Positions 36,055 through 49,300 are shown, numbered from the whole stretch's first letter. The stretch is 58,631 nucleotides of DNA, filler included, from Catajapyx aquilonaris (GCA_000934665.2; 3 parts of 3 records of this genome joined end to end with filler, not necessarily neighbours in it); one strand, 5' to 3'. Translations and numbers: made by a program. Notes: generated by a model from the letters alone, not told the origin.

Positions 36055-36430
36055 TCACTGATCGTTTGCTTCATCAAGCTTTCCGTAATGGAATTGTAAC
36101 CCTGCGTTTTTAGACATGTCCCCACTGTAATAGTACAGTACTTCAACAGATTCTGCAACAAAGATGTCATCAATTTTGTTGCCAACCAGGCAGATGAGGA
36201 TCAGAACACCAGCTCCCATCCTCAGAGCTGCCTGCTCCACTTCTGATCCTGTGGCTGTGGCTCTAGCCAACTGGCAGAGAATATCCGATGCTTCTTTTCT
36301 GGCTTTAGCAGCCTCAATTAAGGGCTTGACAATAGGCCCAAATGAACCCAAAAACAGCCTGTCGGGATTTTCGATACCTCTGAGTCTGCCAAACTCCTGC
36401 ACTATCTGCATAAAGTGAATATTGAACATG
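36055..36430 (-). pseudogene. Probable transposon accessory-protein exon (EnSpm ORF2-like)
   Basis: An acceptor precedes the protein-like frame IVQEFGRLRGIENPDRLFLG.... The family assignment is tentative. Confidence 0.3.
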
Positions 36431-37056
36431 TTGTGAATGTTGGACAGCAGATACCTAAAAAGATTCATAATAGACAACATTGGAAAAATATGCTAGTTAT
36501 TATTATACCTCCTCTGGAGTGAGCAGGGCTGAGTACATAACTCGAATCTCCGAAATTGACATGGCCTTATTTTTCACCTGGGTTCTCCGGTGATAACAGA
36601 GTGGCTTGCATCCCGACATCGAGTCGCTTCATGTCTGGATGTCTTTGTGCGAAAGAGAGAGTGATTGCAATTCATCCCATAGCAAAACCATTATACCAAT
36701 TGAAGGCCTTGGGGAGAGAAGAACACAAGTCCATGAGAGCAAATTTTTCAGGAGAGCTGTTTTTATGTTTTACGGGCCATTGAAGAATCTTATCGTAACC
36801 AAAGTTTGCACAATGGTATTGCGACTAGTGCCTCATGTTCCTATCACACTTAGGTACCATTTATGTTTTTACCACTGATGACCTTGAAGGTATTGCCCTC
36901 AACAATGGTTGTACTTGTGCTGTTTTCTTCGAAATCCTGAAATATATCAGTACAAAATATTCTTCCCAGTGTGTGACAATCTTTATTTCCATTATTCTGA
37001 CTCTTTCAAGTACAGCATAATATTATTACACGCCCATTGACTTGCATGATGCCATC

Positions 37057-37570
37057 TCAGCTGCTTTCTGCTTCCTCGTCTTCCGACTGACTGTCATGTC
37101 CCTCGGCAACCAAACTCCGATAAGATGCAACACTCTGTGGCTTTCTCAAGAATGGGATAAGCCCGAAGAGATCCCGTAGCTTTCCTGGTTTGATGGGTAC
37201 ATGACCCGAGTAGAGAGGTGCGAACATGCTGACATCACCTTTTGTCCCGGATTGTACAAGTTTGCCATGGGCCATTATATGAAAACCTCACGTCTACTGT
37301 GTTTCTCTTCTGTGCAGTGTACCTAATCATTATGATGTCTCTTAGTTTCAAGGGAGGTCGCGGAGTGTTCAAATAATGTGGCTTGAGAGCTGCCTTAATA
37401 TCGCAAAACACATTTCTCTCAGGCTTCACGAGTCCAAAGGCGGAAGGTTGCTGTCTTGCCGTTACAACAATGTCATCCCACTCATTCGGTGTTTCAGCAA
37501 TATTGAGTCGCACGGTGTGGAGAGATCAGTTGAAAGTCTTGATCATTAGCCATGAATGAATGGCCTTGTC
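37057..37570 (-). mobile_element. Sola-like transposase C-terminal fragment
   Basis: GHSFMANDQDF, TPNEWDDIVVTARQQP and PIKPGKLRDL. A short YNLGIHD fragment of the same type lies at ~33640-33730. Confidence 0.6.
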
Positions 37571-38448
37571 ACCCATTTCACTGCCCCCATTTTCTGTGTA
37601 GAAGGGAGCCCCATGGTCGGTGCCCCATTGTATGATGGGTGCGGGTGCCGATCATGGGGTATTTAAGGAAACCTGCTACACTGCCTCTGGGGAGTAGAGG
37701 CTGGTCGGCCTCTGCTTCCAAGGCTGCTAAGCGTGCTGCCATCGCCGCCCTCTGAGGCCCATCCTCCCCACCCACGGAGCCGGGGCCGCAGCTTCCGGGT
37801 TCTTCGCCCCCTCCTCCTTGTACCCCAGTGGCCGGACCCACTCAGACAAAGGCGGCAGGGCCGCCAGGGGAGCGGAGGATCCGATGCGGGGGACCACACT
37901 ACGTTCCACTATCCGTGGCGGCTCCATAACATGCCGTTCCGGCCAAGCCTTCCAAATGGCCGAAACAATGGTAAACGTGAGCCCCCACAGAACCACGGTC
38001 CACTTCCTGGGCGTACACCGGGGTGGGATACTGGACCCCCACGGAGTGGGTCACCACAGGAGCCACAGGACCCGGGGCCGGGCCCACCGCAACAGCGCCC
38101 CCAGGACGACCCGAGCGCCGGCGGTTGCCCCGGGCACGGGTCGGAGCGGACGAGCGACCGCCCCAGGCAGACGGGCGGCCACCTCCCCGGCCACGACTGG
38201 CAGCAGCAGCATGCTTAGGACCCATGTTCAGGCAGGGTGGCACAGACAGTACCGGCACACACTCAGCGGGCGAGGATGCAGGCGGATTCCGGGGAAACGA
38301 TGCGACGCACAGAGCCACGAGGCCAGCCCAGCCAGGAAAGCAGGGGGGGACAGGTAGCACAAAGAGGGGAAATGACGTCACAGCGAGGACACCGACGCCA
38401 GGAGGAGCGCTCTAGCTCTCCTAGTGGTGGCCCATCCCACTAGATGGG

Positions 38449-39070
38449 GTGATGAGTCTTCAGAAAAAAGTGCGTTCCACCCGCGCCCTTTTTGAACGAA
38501 AGACATTCAGATGCTGGTGCAAAGCTATTCAAGCTCACATTCTTCAAATATGCAAGGATGTTTTCGTTGTTGTAGGTCTCGGCCAGTTTTTTAAAGGCGA
38601 TCTGACACTTGCCTGTAAACCCGCTCTTGTCGCGGTCTATCCTCTCGTTCCAGGTGAGCCATACGAATGCGCTGCACAGCAATTTCTTTTTTAAAAAAAA
38701 TAATGTCCATAAAAATCCATGGGCTAGGGTGATTTGCAGAAAATTTTGACCCAAAACCGTGATGCCATCCTTCCAGGCTGTTATTGGTTCTCATATAACC
38801 ATGCAGTGAGGCCACCCTCTTTGTCAGAGAACTTGATTGTGACCTGGTCCGGTATGCGGGCCTCAAGCCACTAGGTGGCCGCAAGGGTGATCCGTTGAAT
38901 TGAATCCCCTCAAAAACGCACTCGTAAAAAACGCGCCAAGTCTTCCGCCGAAAAAACCTGTGAGATAGTGTCTGGGAGCCGAGCCTTGTCCACTCCGCCG
39001 TACAAAGTCGTGAGATCGTGGTGGACGCCAAGCCTTTCTTCGAGGCTATAAGCTAAGTGAGATGACTTGG
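38449..39070 (-). mobile_element. MULE transposase C-terminal fragment
   Basis: RTNNSLEGWHHGF...HPSPWIFMDII. Confidence 0.7.
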
Positions 39071-39079
39071 CCGGACTTG

Positions 39080-39179
39080 NNNNNNNNNNNNNNNNNNNNN
39101 NNNNNNNNNNNNNNNNNNNNNNNTTAATTAATTAANNNNNNNNNNNNNNNNNNNNNNNNNNNNNNNNNNNNNNNNNNNN
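39080..39179. other. Artificial scaffold linker (44N-TTAATTAATTAA-44N)
   Basis: Same design as 19499-19598. Confidence 0.95.
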
Positions 39180-39407
39180 GCACCAGTGTTCCAAACAAAT
39201 GGTCGCCAACACAGAAGCGTTGTAAACAAAAAGTCGCCAACGCAGCAGCGTTCCAAACAATGGGTCGCCAACGCACCAGCGCAGCGTTCCAAACAAAGGG
39301 TCGGCAATACAGAAGCGTTGTAAACAAAGGGTTGCCAACGCACCAGCGCAGCGTTCCAAACAAATGGTCGCCAACACAGCAGCGTACCAAACAGAGGGTC
39401 GCCAAGA
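39180..39407. repeat. Tandem minisatellite, ~7 units of 31-36 bp
   Basis: Unit approximately GCAGCGTTCCAAACAAATGGTCGCCAAC(ACA/GCACCA). Confidence 0.8.
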
Positions 39408-39460
39408 CGCCAACACAGTACGTACACCACAGTGTACGGTGTAGTCAGGGTGTAGTAGTA

Positions 39461-39622
39461 CAGTACTGGCCAATAATCGAGGCAACGACTAGCGACATTT
39501 TCCCGAATCGGCAGAAGAAGGAATCGAAGATAAGCATGCTTCAAGCCGGGCGAGCATGATTCCTTCTTCTGCCGCTTCGGGAAAATGTCGCTAGTCGTTG
39601 CCTCGATTATTGGCCAGTACTG
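39461..39622. mobile_element. Fold-back MITE (CAGTACTGGCC termini)
   Basis: ~65-bp inverted arms with a terminus similar to the MITE at 8217. Confidence 0.7.
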
Positions 39623-40019
39623 TGCATGCAATTTCTGAAACTGGCCTACTTCTTCGTTCAAAAATAGATCACAAGTGACTGGTTTAATAGAAGGAATTTC
39701 AATTTTCTTTTGAGCAGGAAAAATGTTGTCATTATAAGAGTGTCGTCACAAAACCTAAAGAGGGGGTTTTATCTTTGCAACCTGGTATTATACCGCCTTC
39801 ATCTTATGATATTGCTTTGTGTATCCAACAACACCTGATTCAGCGCACCTCATCTGCATTGCCCCCATATTCATTGTCTGCTGTCAGGATGTGTACAGTT
39901 GACAATCACATGAAGGCCTGCTTCACATCTGCCTGCAATGCTCAGCATAGCTCAATTTTTTAGCAAAAATGAGAATACAGCATCTAACCTCTAACGTATA
40001 AGAATGAAAATTGTGTACA

Positions 40020-40181
40020 GCGCTTGTCCAACTTATGAGGAAAAAATATCCAACTTTCAAGGTAGACAGGTGTCCAACTTAGCAATATTATACAGGGGCG
40101 TTTTGACGGTTCCAAAAATAATGTTCAACATAGGGAGGTGGCCAACTTATTAAGGTATCCAACTTCACAGGTTTCACTGTA
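40020..40181. mobile_element. Tigger-like terminal fragment
   Basis: Repeated (T/G)CCAACTT motifs ending in AGGTTTCACTG-TA. Confidence 0.5.
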
Positions 40182-40220
40182 TTAGTAGCAACTTTCATTT
40201 TAAACTATTATTGGACACTG

Positions 40221-40334
40221 AAAATTCAATCCTAATGGAGATAACTATTAATAGTTATCTCCATTAGGATTGAATTTTTGAAGTTCAATGTAGCCATAAG
40301 TGGAATTCCACTTATGTCTACATTGAATTTCAAA
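40221..40334. repeat. Two abutting 58-bp loopless palindromes
   Basis: 40221-40278 is perfect. 40277-40334 has 2 mismatches. Confidence 0.85.
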
Positions 40335-43300
40335 TTGACGGAAAGCATTAAAATGCAGACATGAAATGCAGAACGCTCTCAGTCACATTTTGGTCGAAAA
40401 TTCGTTATACTCTTCTCTCAATGTAATATTTGAATGATGCTCTCTCATAATATGTATTCGGTCATGTTACCAGTTATCTGTTACAAAGTCCTGTAAAGTT
40501 TTAAAAAAATCATCAAGCAATCTTCAAACCCTCAGTCAAATTCATCAAATTATATTCGGAGCCTTCTCCATTTTATAGGTAATGTAATAGATTGATTGGG
40601 TTTTGGTAAATTATGATGAATTTTTCTCTCAAAAGTAATGGGTGTTTTTGGAAGTGTGTGGTTGTTCCACTTCAAAATAATTCAATTATTGGTTAGCGAT
40701 TTCTGGTTATAACTGTTCATTTTAAGCAGCTATTGTAGCGTAGTTTCTTTCAGTGGACGGTACCAAAAGTATCAGCTACCAATATTAGGCTGAGTTGTTC
40801 CAACCTTGCAAAAATTTGGCTCTGTCATTGCAATACTATACAAAAAAGTTTGATCACCCTGTAGATTCGACCAAATGTTATCAAGTAATACAATTCCATA
40901 GCCCCTAAAAGTAAATGCGCAAAACGGGATTGTTCGATAATAAGAAGCATAACATAATGTCAGCACTACAGATATTTATGTGGAACACACTGTACACTAT
41001 AAGACGAGTCACTTCAGCAAGAGAGAAAGCCGAGATTTTGAGATATTATGACAAGCTGAAGTTACGTCATTTATTATCATCAGTATACTGCATTATGTGA
41101 TCCACAATTTCCCCAAACATTTTTTTATCTGGACCTAACATAAGAATCGCCTGACAATGAGCATTTATGCGTATTACAGAGTGCCTTGACTAAATTCCAA
41201 GCAGAATATGATGGATCGTTCTACATGTATGGTACATAATATGCCAGAGTTTCATGTGTGCCAGAAAATGTAGCTTAACACAGGGGCAAGTCCCTAAAGA
41301 TGACAGTCAAAAAATGTTAAACTTAATATTTATTTACGTTCCCACGGGTTGCATCAGGTCTAACAGTGCAGGACTCCGTTATTGTCTGACTCCAAGCACT
41401 TTCGCGACAGGCTAATGGACGTGGGGTCACCATTTATGACGCGAACGCAAACAAGTCTCGCTCCTCAAACTCCGTCCCTATCAAAAGGTATAAATCCAGG
41501 CAGGCCCTGGTGTTTTCAGTGCTGGGAGCCTCCAGAAACGAATGAGGGTGATAGCGGGTGACCCCCATCGACCCCTGGTTTCCATCATGCCCTCGTCACA
41601 CCAAGCCTTCCACTCCCTGGATACATTTTCCTTCCAGATTTCCCACCATCCAGTCAGCCTTGGCATTACCTCCCTGTCCCAACCGGTCCTGTTAGATGAG
41701 ACACTCTGTCCTTGTTTCCAACCCCCAGTAGGCCTGTTGCAGGTGTAGAGCGATCCAAGCAAATGGCTGCCATCCCTGATAGGCCCAGGGCATAAATTAT
41801 CTCCGGCTTCTGGTGCCTGGATGTGTCTCTTGGGGCACCATCACGAGATTACTGGAACATCGTTGTGGTAGGCGCCCCTTGGATGACAATAGGCGCCCAC
41901 CACCCACCCATCCTCCCCAAAAAAAACAGCGTCTGCCACTGCGGAAAGGCATTTCGTAGGCGGTGGGAAATCTAAGGGATGTCTGGATATCGTCAGGGCC
42001 TGTGGAGTTTTGCGCGGGGCAATCTCTGCTAGGAAGTCGGCGCCGGACCCATCTCCTGGGGTACACCCTTCCGACGCCTGTCTGCCCCCCACCCATCCGA
42101 ACCACCCACCCCATAGAGCATGTTGTACACCCAGCCAGATCCGCGGGTGCGTCACACACATTTTTACAAGAAGCCCCTGCGATTGCCCCGTGACCGTGTT
42201 TCTCACGTGGGACAATCCACTTGAGGTTGCGACCCATGACCCGGATAGAGAAAGAGCCTTGCTCTATTTTTGGCCGCATTAGATGGGGGGGTTTACTACC
42301 GGTAATATCTCTTGCAGTGACTGCTGGGAGTGAAGAGGCATTACACTGTACTGTACATCGCAGAAAGCGAGGCAGAAAGTCTATACTAATAAATGTGCCA
42401 AAATTCGCGAACCACTCATTATATTCCAATTGTAACACAATGCACATTGCAATATTCCGGGGAAACACGTAAAAATCATTTACTGACGAAAGAATGGCGT
42501 TTGTTCATACCGGCTGTTGTCGGTTAATATTTTTGGCAATTCTAAGCCCAGTCAATACGTGTCCAATCCCAAAATATTAGAGTGAATTCTTGTCAGTTTA
42601 TTGTGTCATTAATAATATTAAAGATGCCGGAATGATACCTTTTACACTCCGTGATTTGACATCATGTATAACATTGTTAATAACGACAGATATGACAAAA
42701 AAAACTGAAGAGTGAAAAAAATGGAAGGCAATTTTTCACACCGTACAATGCTCATGATTGTGAGTTTTGATTCATCATTGTCACTGTCTTCTATGTTGGT
42801 TATAGGACACTAACTTAAGAGCTTCATTATAAAATGGCTTGCACTCTCCAAGTATTGGTAAGTAGCCTAGGATGGGTGACTTTTGAGATGTCCTGTAACT
42901 TTTTCAAGTTTATTCTAACTTTTCTCTACCATATCGAAGATGAGCAATCAAAAGCACCATATGTTACCACCGAGGGGCCACTAACTGGTGTGTTATAGGC
43001 GAGGTGAGGGTAAAATGAGTCTGTTATATCAGGAGTAAAAGTACATAGGGCTTATGGAAGTTTGCAGTGGCCGGCCTTTCCAGTCTGTTATAACTGAGGC
43101 TGTTATATCCTGATTCAACTATGGATACTTATGAAAGGACATTAAGTGAATCCCTTCAGACCGTTAGTATTATTTTCCTACACGATACTATGCTACTATA
43201 GTCAGTATACATATTTTTCGTAAGGTATGGATGCATGCTGCAAGTGTTATGCACCTGAATATCTCCCCATTCGCTATGTATGTGACAGATGAGGTGTTAG

Positions 43301-46300
43301 TCACTCTGTATTTCGCACATTTTACTGGCAGTCCGGCCATTGTTTGACTGGACTTTCTCACACAAGTTCGCAGGGTAAAGATTTTGTCTAAATCAAGTCC
43401 TGTTAGACTTCCATTACTCAGACGTCCGAATTTTATATATGTGGTCCGACTGAAATTCGGCATGTCTAGGCCTACAACTGACTTTCCACCTTTCTGAAAG
43501 AGGCCTAATATAATGATATTACCTTCGATGAGCGTAATAATTTGGTCGCAGCCATATTCTAAAATACTGTGCGAATATGGGGCGTTTTTAAATACCTTTT
43601 GAAACTGACGGATGTATAACCGGCTGTATATACTCCATAACAACGAGTTGTACGTACTCACCATGTTCAGGCTTGATGTCAAGGAAAGCTGGCAGTTATT
43701 GCAACCCTGAAAGAAGGAGAAAGGAAAAGAATGCACTTTGTACATTTTAATATCAGTTATAATTATTATAAAGCTGTATCTCGCTATGTCCCGAGATGAT
43801 TTACGCAACCGTTAGTGCGCTTTGAGTTTATCTAAATTTCCCTTGGCATCCGGAGCAATAATGGCAAACAAATGGAGAGGCCTTCTGGATAACGTGCTGG
43901 TGTGGGTGAGCAAGAAAAGTTCTCTCTCTCCCTATCCCCCCCTTCTCGTGTGCGATGTGAAGTATCCTCCCACAGATTTCTTTTGGCGGGTCGGTTAGTC
44001 TAGGCCAGTTTGGCGTCAGTGGCCCTGAGTGAAAAATCCAGCCCACAATGGCCTTCTTTCAACGCATGTAATTCGGTGGCCATTTGCGTTGCTTGCCTGA
44101 GACTATACACCAACACACCACCCTGGGAGGCAGCACAGGTTGGCTCACAACCCCAAGTCAATCCTCCAAACTGATTTGTTCGCCTCAGAAACCAATTCAA
44201 GCAGCAACTATAGCTGGAAATGACATTCACTTGTGGTGATTTAAGTAGTTGGTGGGGGTCAACAATCTGCATATTTTTTTCCTTTAAAGTGTGCTTGGAA
44301 AATGCGCCACCCTGTATTTTGTCTTATCCTGGCGCACATCTCACAACATGCTGGTCTCAGTTAGGCCTCTGAGTTATGTGCCGTTGCTTATTCTCAGGAA
44401 GTGAGATGAACTTTTCAAAAAATCACTTCTTTTTTTTTCCTTCTTCATCAGAAAAGGCTTCTGCACATGGATTATGCTACTATAAACGGAAGGGTTGAAG
44501 CGTGAAGTTAAACTTGTGGGCAGGCCTTTTTTGGAGCGGCTAATTAATATCTGCTAAAGTCAAAGGACTGCGCTTTTTTGTTAACCGGTTTGCTGGATGG
44601 AAAAGCACCGGGAATGAAGCAAAAGAACTCTCACGACGAGTTATTAATCATTAGGTGCAGTGAAGCATGGCAGCGGAAACTGTTTTTATTTCAGGTTGAT
44701 TTAGTTATCACATCCTGCCAATAATTACAGATCAGCTGGTAAAACAACAGTAAATCAGGCGATGCAACGGTGCCTAAAACCTATTACTTTTCAACAACAC
44801 GAGTGATAAGACTGCCACCCAGTTCAAGACGCCTCATTTTCAAGCCACATCAAATTAGATCTTAACTAGCATTTGTATAATTAGGACAAACCGAGTCTGT
44901 AATTTTTGTACCAAGTCATGGCCATCGTATTGATTCGGTTGTTGAAAAGCGCGGTCCACCAGATGGTATGAGAATATTCTAGCCAGAAGCAAAGTTTGAG
45001 TCGTGAGGAAACCAACGGGCAGATGGCGTGCACAGCATGAGAGGCTCCTAACCAGAGTTGGCTGAACACACACGTTGTTTCTCTTTCCAGTCACTAGATG
45101 CAGCCTGCAAGACCAGTTTTCTCCTGATCGCATTTTCTTAGCAGTCTACAGTAGTTACGCCATCATGGAAAGAAGCAAACATGTAACATGCGCATCTGGT
45201 TAAATTTATTATGCCAGTTTGAAGTACAAGTATGCCAAGTGTTTAAGTGTCGACACTGTGACCTCAGGACCTGTTTTTCTAACGTTTCAAGAAACGCAAA
45301 GCAGTTGGTGTACACAAAGTTTACTACAACTCGGCCGTAAAATCAATCAAACATGCTTTACAGGAACCTTGTATTAAATTAAGTTTGACAATTATACGAA
45401 ACCAGTGCAACACTCTACAGGACACATAGGTATAATAGTATTGTGTTTTTTGTTGCCAGATTACCAATTGTCAGCCAACAATACAATACAATAGTGTTCA
45501 TACTTTAGACGTTTAGAGTCACCATGTATAAAGGTCAGGTCGCTGTAATCACAAAACATGCTGCCTTTCTAATTAATAAAGAACCTCTAGTGTATAGGCT
45601 ACTAATCTTACACCTACACGCAATAACAATAATCACTTAGAGCTTTTGAAAGAGTTGAAAAGGCTTTCACAAGAAGATAAAACCTTACGCTGCTTGGTTC
45701 AAATATTATTATGAAGGCCTAACTCTATTCCCATCACTCTCGGGAATAAACAACTGCAACGTATCTCCTCAGATGCCAAGTGAGGCGACACAGGCATACA
45801 TCACAACTCCATTAAAGTAAACCAATTAGTGCCGGCAACTCTGTATCCGTCAGGCCCGCCAGCACACATCAAGCACATACGTCATATTTTTGGCCCAAAT
45901 CAGCCATCATTATATCCGCCGAAAAAAAACACAGTTTAAAAAGGCCTCCTGCTTTCCGTCCATCGAAATAAAAACCCAAATACATATCCCGTCCCCTCGG
46001 CATGTTTTTCATTCAGTTTCCGGAGCAACATCTTCATCCGAGTGTGGTGAAATTCCCCACCGAGAGAGTGTTTGTCTATGAACCATGACACACACTCTCC
46101 ATGGAAAATATGAAAAAAAAATATGAGAGGAGCTTGGCACAGCGGCGCTTCGGGGACGTCGTGATTGAAACGCAGCGACCCAGAGGCCTGAAGTTAACAG
46201 CTTGTTAAGGTCGGTTCCTCTTTCCGCATTGAAACCCAGCCCAGGGTTAGAAAGGGGTTATCGAGGGGACCAGTCCCGTCGTCAAACTTGTTGTTTGGGG

Positions 46301-49300
46301 GAAACACATCATGAAATATGTTGCCGTCAGTCTTGCTTAACGTCGGGAAAAACCTCCCTCAGTCTCCTGTGTATATTCAAACCAGAGGCCAATTGCTGCC
46401 TGGGGAATAATAGTTGCCAGCAAGGATCTGGATTTTTTTTAAACCGCATGAAACATGTGTCGCCAGATTGAATCCTACACTTTCTTGGCATGCAAAATGC
46501 GGTTTATAAAAAATAATTGGGGCTGAATAATATTAGATGTTTCCTTGAATCACTCTTGCCAATGGTACCGCGGTACTGATATGAAATTGAATTCTAAGAA
46601 CTAATCGTATAAAAACTCCTCACGTTTACTAAGAATTCACGACCTTGCAAATAGTTTTCGAAGTGCTTCATCCTAAAAAAAAGAAGTTGTGGTACAAAAT
46701 TCCGGCTGGGCCGTAACACGCTCATGAACTTGAAAGTAATGTTACCTGTCGCATCGTAGCAAACAGCAAAACCGTGACGAGGCAAGAAAGCAGCAAAACT
46801 CAATTTATTGAGAAAACAACCTTAATAACATGTCAGAAGTTTCAAGCCCCATTCTCACCATAATTGAATTTGATATGTCGCTAATTAAGCAATGCATAAT
46901 TAATTAATCCCGCTCTTAACTTTTTTTCCACATATACCGCAACAAAGCATGATTCGGCTGACAAACGGTAGCAAGCAATAATTAGGAAAATTCCGCTCTA
47001 CACCTGCCTAATTTTTTATTATCATTTTTTTCCATACGAAACTACAAAAAGGTCCTTGAACTCATTATACGAATAAGTTATTAGACATGCTGGTATTGGC
47101 TCATTATGCAACATTGATGAGTGAGACTCGGTGTGGCCCGACTATTTTTTCAGACCAGATCAACCGACTATTTATTTTTTCCGACCCGATCAAGAAACAT
47201 AAGAGATCAATTAAGACTGGACGACACAGCAGGTGTGTACACCTAAGTGGACTTGCAAATAGAGAGTAGGTGCTGCAATTAAAATTTTTATCTAGGTTGA
47301 TAATAACGTACATGCCGCACAAACACGTGCCTCCAATATTTCTTATCCCGCCTACACTCCCAAGTCTTCATATGGAAACTAGTCTTGTACTTGACATTAT
47401 TTCCATTAATTACTCCCCATTCAGCTGATGATCTCTATAAAAAAATACCATCCAATCATAACCTTGCCTACTATATTAGCTCGAGTGGGCAATTTATTTG
47501 GACAAGGCCTATATATAGAATTAGAGGTCAGGTTTGTGGTTCCGTGCGAAACTTTGTGATCGGCTCATTACTCAGGCGTAATTAAAAAGCGCGCGTACCG
47601 GTACTTTGTCAGTAACTGCACGCATTACTTAGCCGTCTTAAGCGCTGTTGACATTCACAAGCCCAGTTTACATTTTTACTGTTCTTTGATGAGCCACCAT
47701 GAAAACCTCGAAAAATCCATCAGTGGTCTCGTAACCTCATCACTTGTACTCATTAGCCACTTTCAACGATACCTATCGCACAGTTCAGCCCAATTTACCA
47801 GTCTGTAAAAAAAAAGAAATACTCAAGGCAGCAGCAATGTTGCTCCTTGCATTTTTTTTGAAACTGTATCTAACCTTGCAAATGTTCTCATGGCGATTAA
47901 CAATCGATCGACCTTCAATTACAGGCTATCAGATCCTACCTGGACACCGGTGGCATGTTCGGTTCCCCTCTTGAAGACATGTTACGATTTTTCGGTACTG
48001 CCCGACAACTTCGTAAATCACGCGTTTTCGACCTGTAATAGTGACACTTACTATCCAAGTAATACGGGAGCTGATGGTTTCGACCAGGTCATACAAATGG
48101 TGCTAACAACGACTCCACCCCCCTTCATATAACCCAACCTTTGCTTGGAAGAGTCGTTCAACTTTTTTTTTTTTTTCGAAACTTTTTTTTTTTTCAAGAG
48201 TGAGTTCAACTCCTCCGTCTTTTTTTTATTACGCCCATGCTTGGGCTCGCTAAGAACTTTTTTAAAGGCTGGAAGGTAATTCCCGGGGATTTATCTGCTA
48301 GCTTATTACTGGATTTAAAATCCGAGGAGGGGGGTTAAATATGCTCTCCTGGCCCCGCCGTCCTGATATCAAATTACCCCGCACTGCTGTTTCATGATTA
48401 TAGTTGGGAAAGTGGCAATAAATACTCTAATGATGCCGTTTTTTATCAACTAATATTGCTTAATTTGGGACTGGAGCATGGCGAGAAGCTGCGAAAAACT
48501 TGCGACTCACACCCGGTTTTTTTTTTTTCCTTTTTTGAAAAAATATGCCGGCTCCTTCTTGAGCGATATGAATTTAAATCGTGCTTTGAATAATATATGC
48601 AATTACGCAAGGAGGGGTTATTATTCACTCAAGAAGGGTCAATCGATAGGGATATTATATATTTTTTTGGTAAGTTATGGAAATTGGGGCTGGACTAGTC
48701 CGCTTGCCAGATACTATACACGGAGCAAGGCAAGGCTATCTATGTCAGCAATAAAAGGAATTAGGTCGCATCTTTATTAAGACAAGAGTGATTAATATTG
48801 ACAATAGTTGGCCTATAACTTAGGGGGTTAATGAAGGCAAATCTTCATAACCTATTCCTGCAATCAGTTTGGCCCTATCATCAAGCCTCAGAGTACCTTT
48901 ATTAAAAAGATAACATCACCCGGAGGTCGAAGCAGTTCGGGCCGATTAGATAAAATTAGTCAATTAATAATAGTGCGAACTACATATTCCCCTGCTGGTA
49001 AGTGGACATGTGCTGCAAATACTTGTTTGTAACATATGTCTGACGTTCAAAAATTGAAAAAAAATATGAAGATTGTGTCTGTGATTCCAGAAGTAAATTA
49101 ACATGGATATGAATATTTTTAAAAAAAATTACCCAGAGATAGCCCTATATGAATATAAAACGATGTTTTTGGATTAACAATGTAAATATATCCTCTATGC
49201 TCACGAACTGTTGAATTTTACAATACGTGACATGGTCCAATTCACATTTTAAATTCAGCGTAGGTACTGTCCACGAATTATTTTGACTGAATTTGGATGA

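Noticed and set aside
39180..39407. CRISPR-like repeat array
   Set aside because: There are no unique spacers and no cas genes, and the context is eukaryotic. It is a minisatellite.
40857..40878. ACCCTGTAGAT resembling the 5' end of miR-10
   Set aside because: The match stops after ~11 nt and there is no precursor hairpin. The context TTTGATCACCCTG-TA is a Tc1-type TIR end.
41350..41800. Possible LTR (TATAAA-containing GC-rich segment)
   Set aside because: No TG..CA ends, TSD or poly-A signal could be defined.
41797..42468. 223-aa ORF on the minus strand
   Set aside because: No recognisable domain. Several overlapping frames are open simply because of local GC richness.
43188..43808. 206-aa ORF on the minus strand
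   Set aside because: Non-ATG start, no recognisable motif and no supporting splice structure. It is probably chance or a TE remnant.
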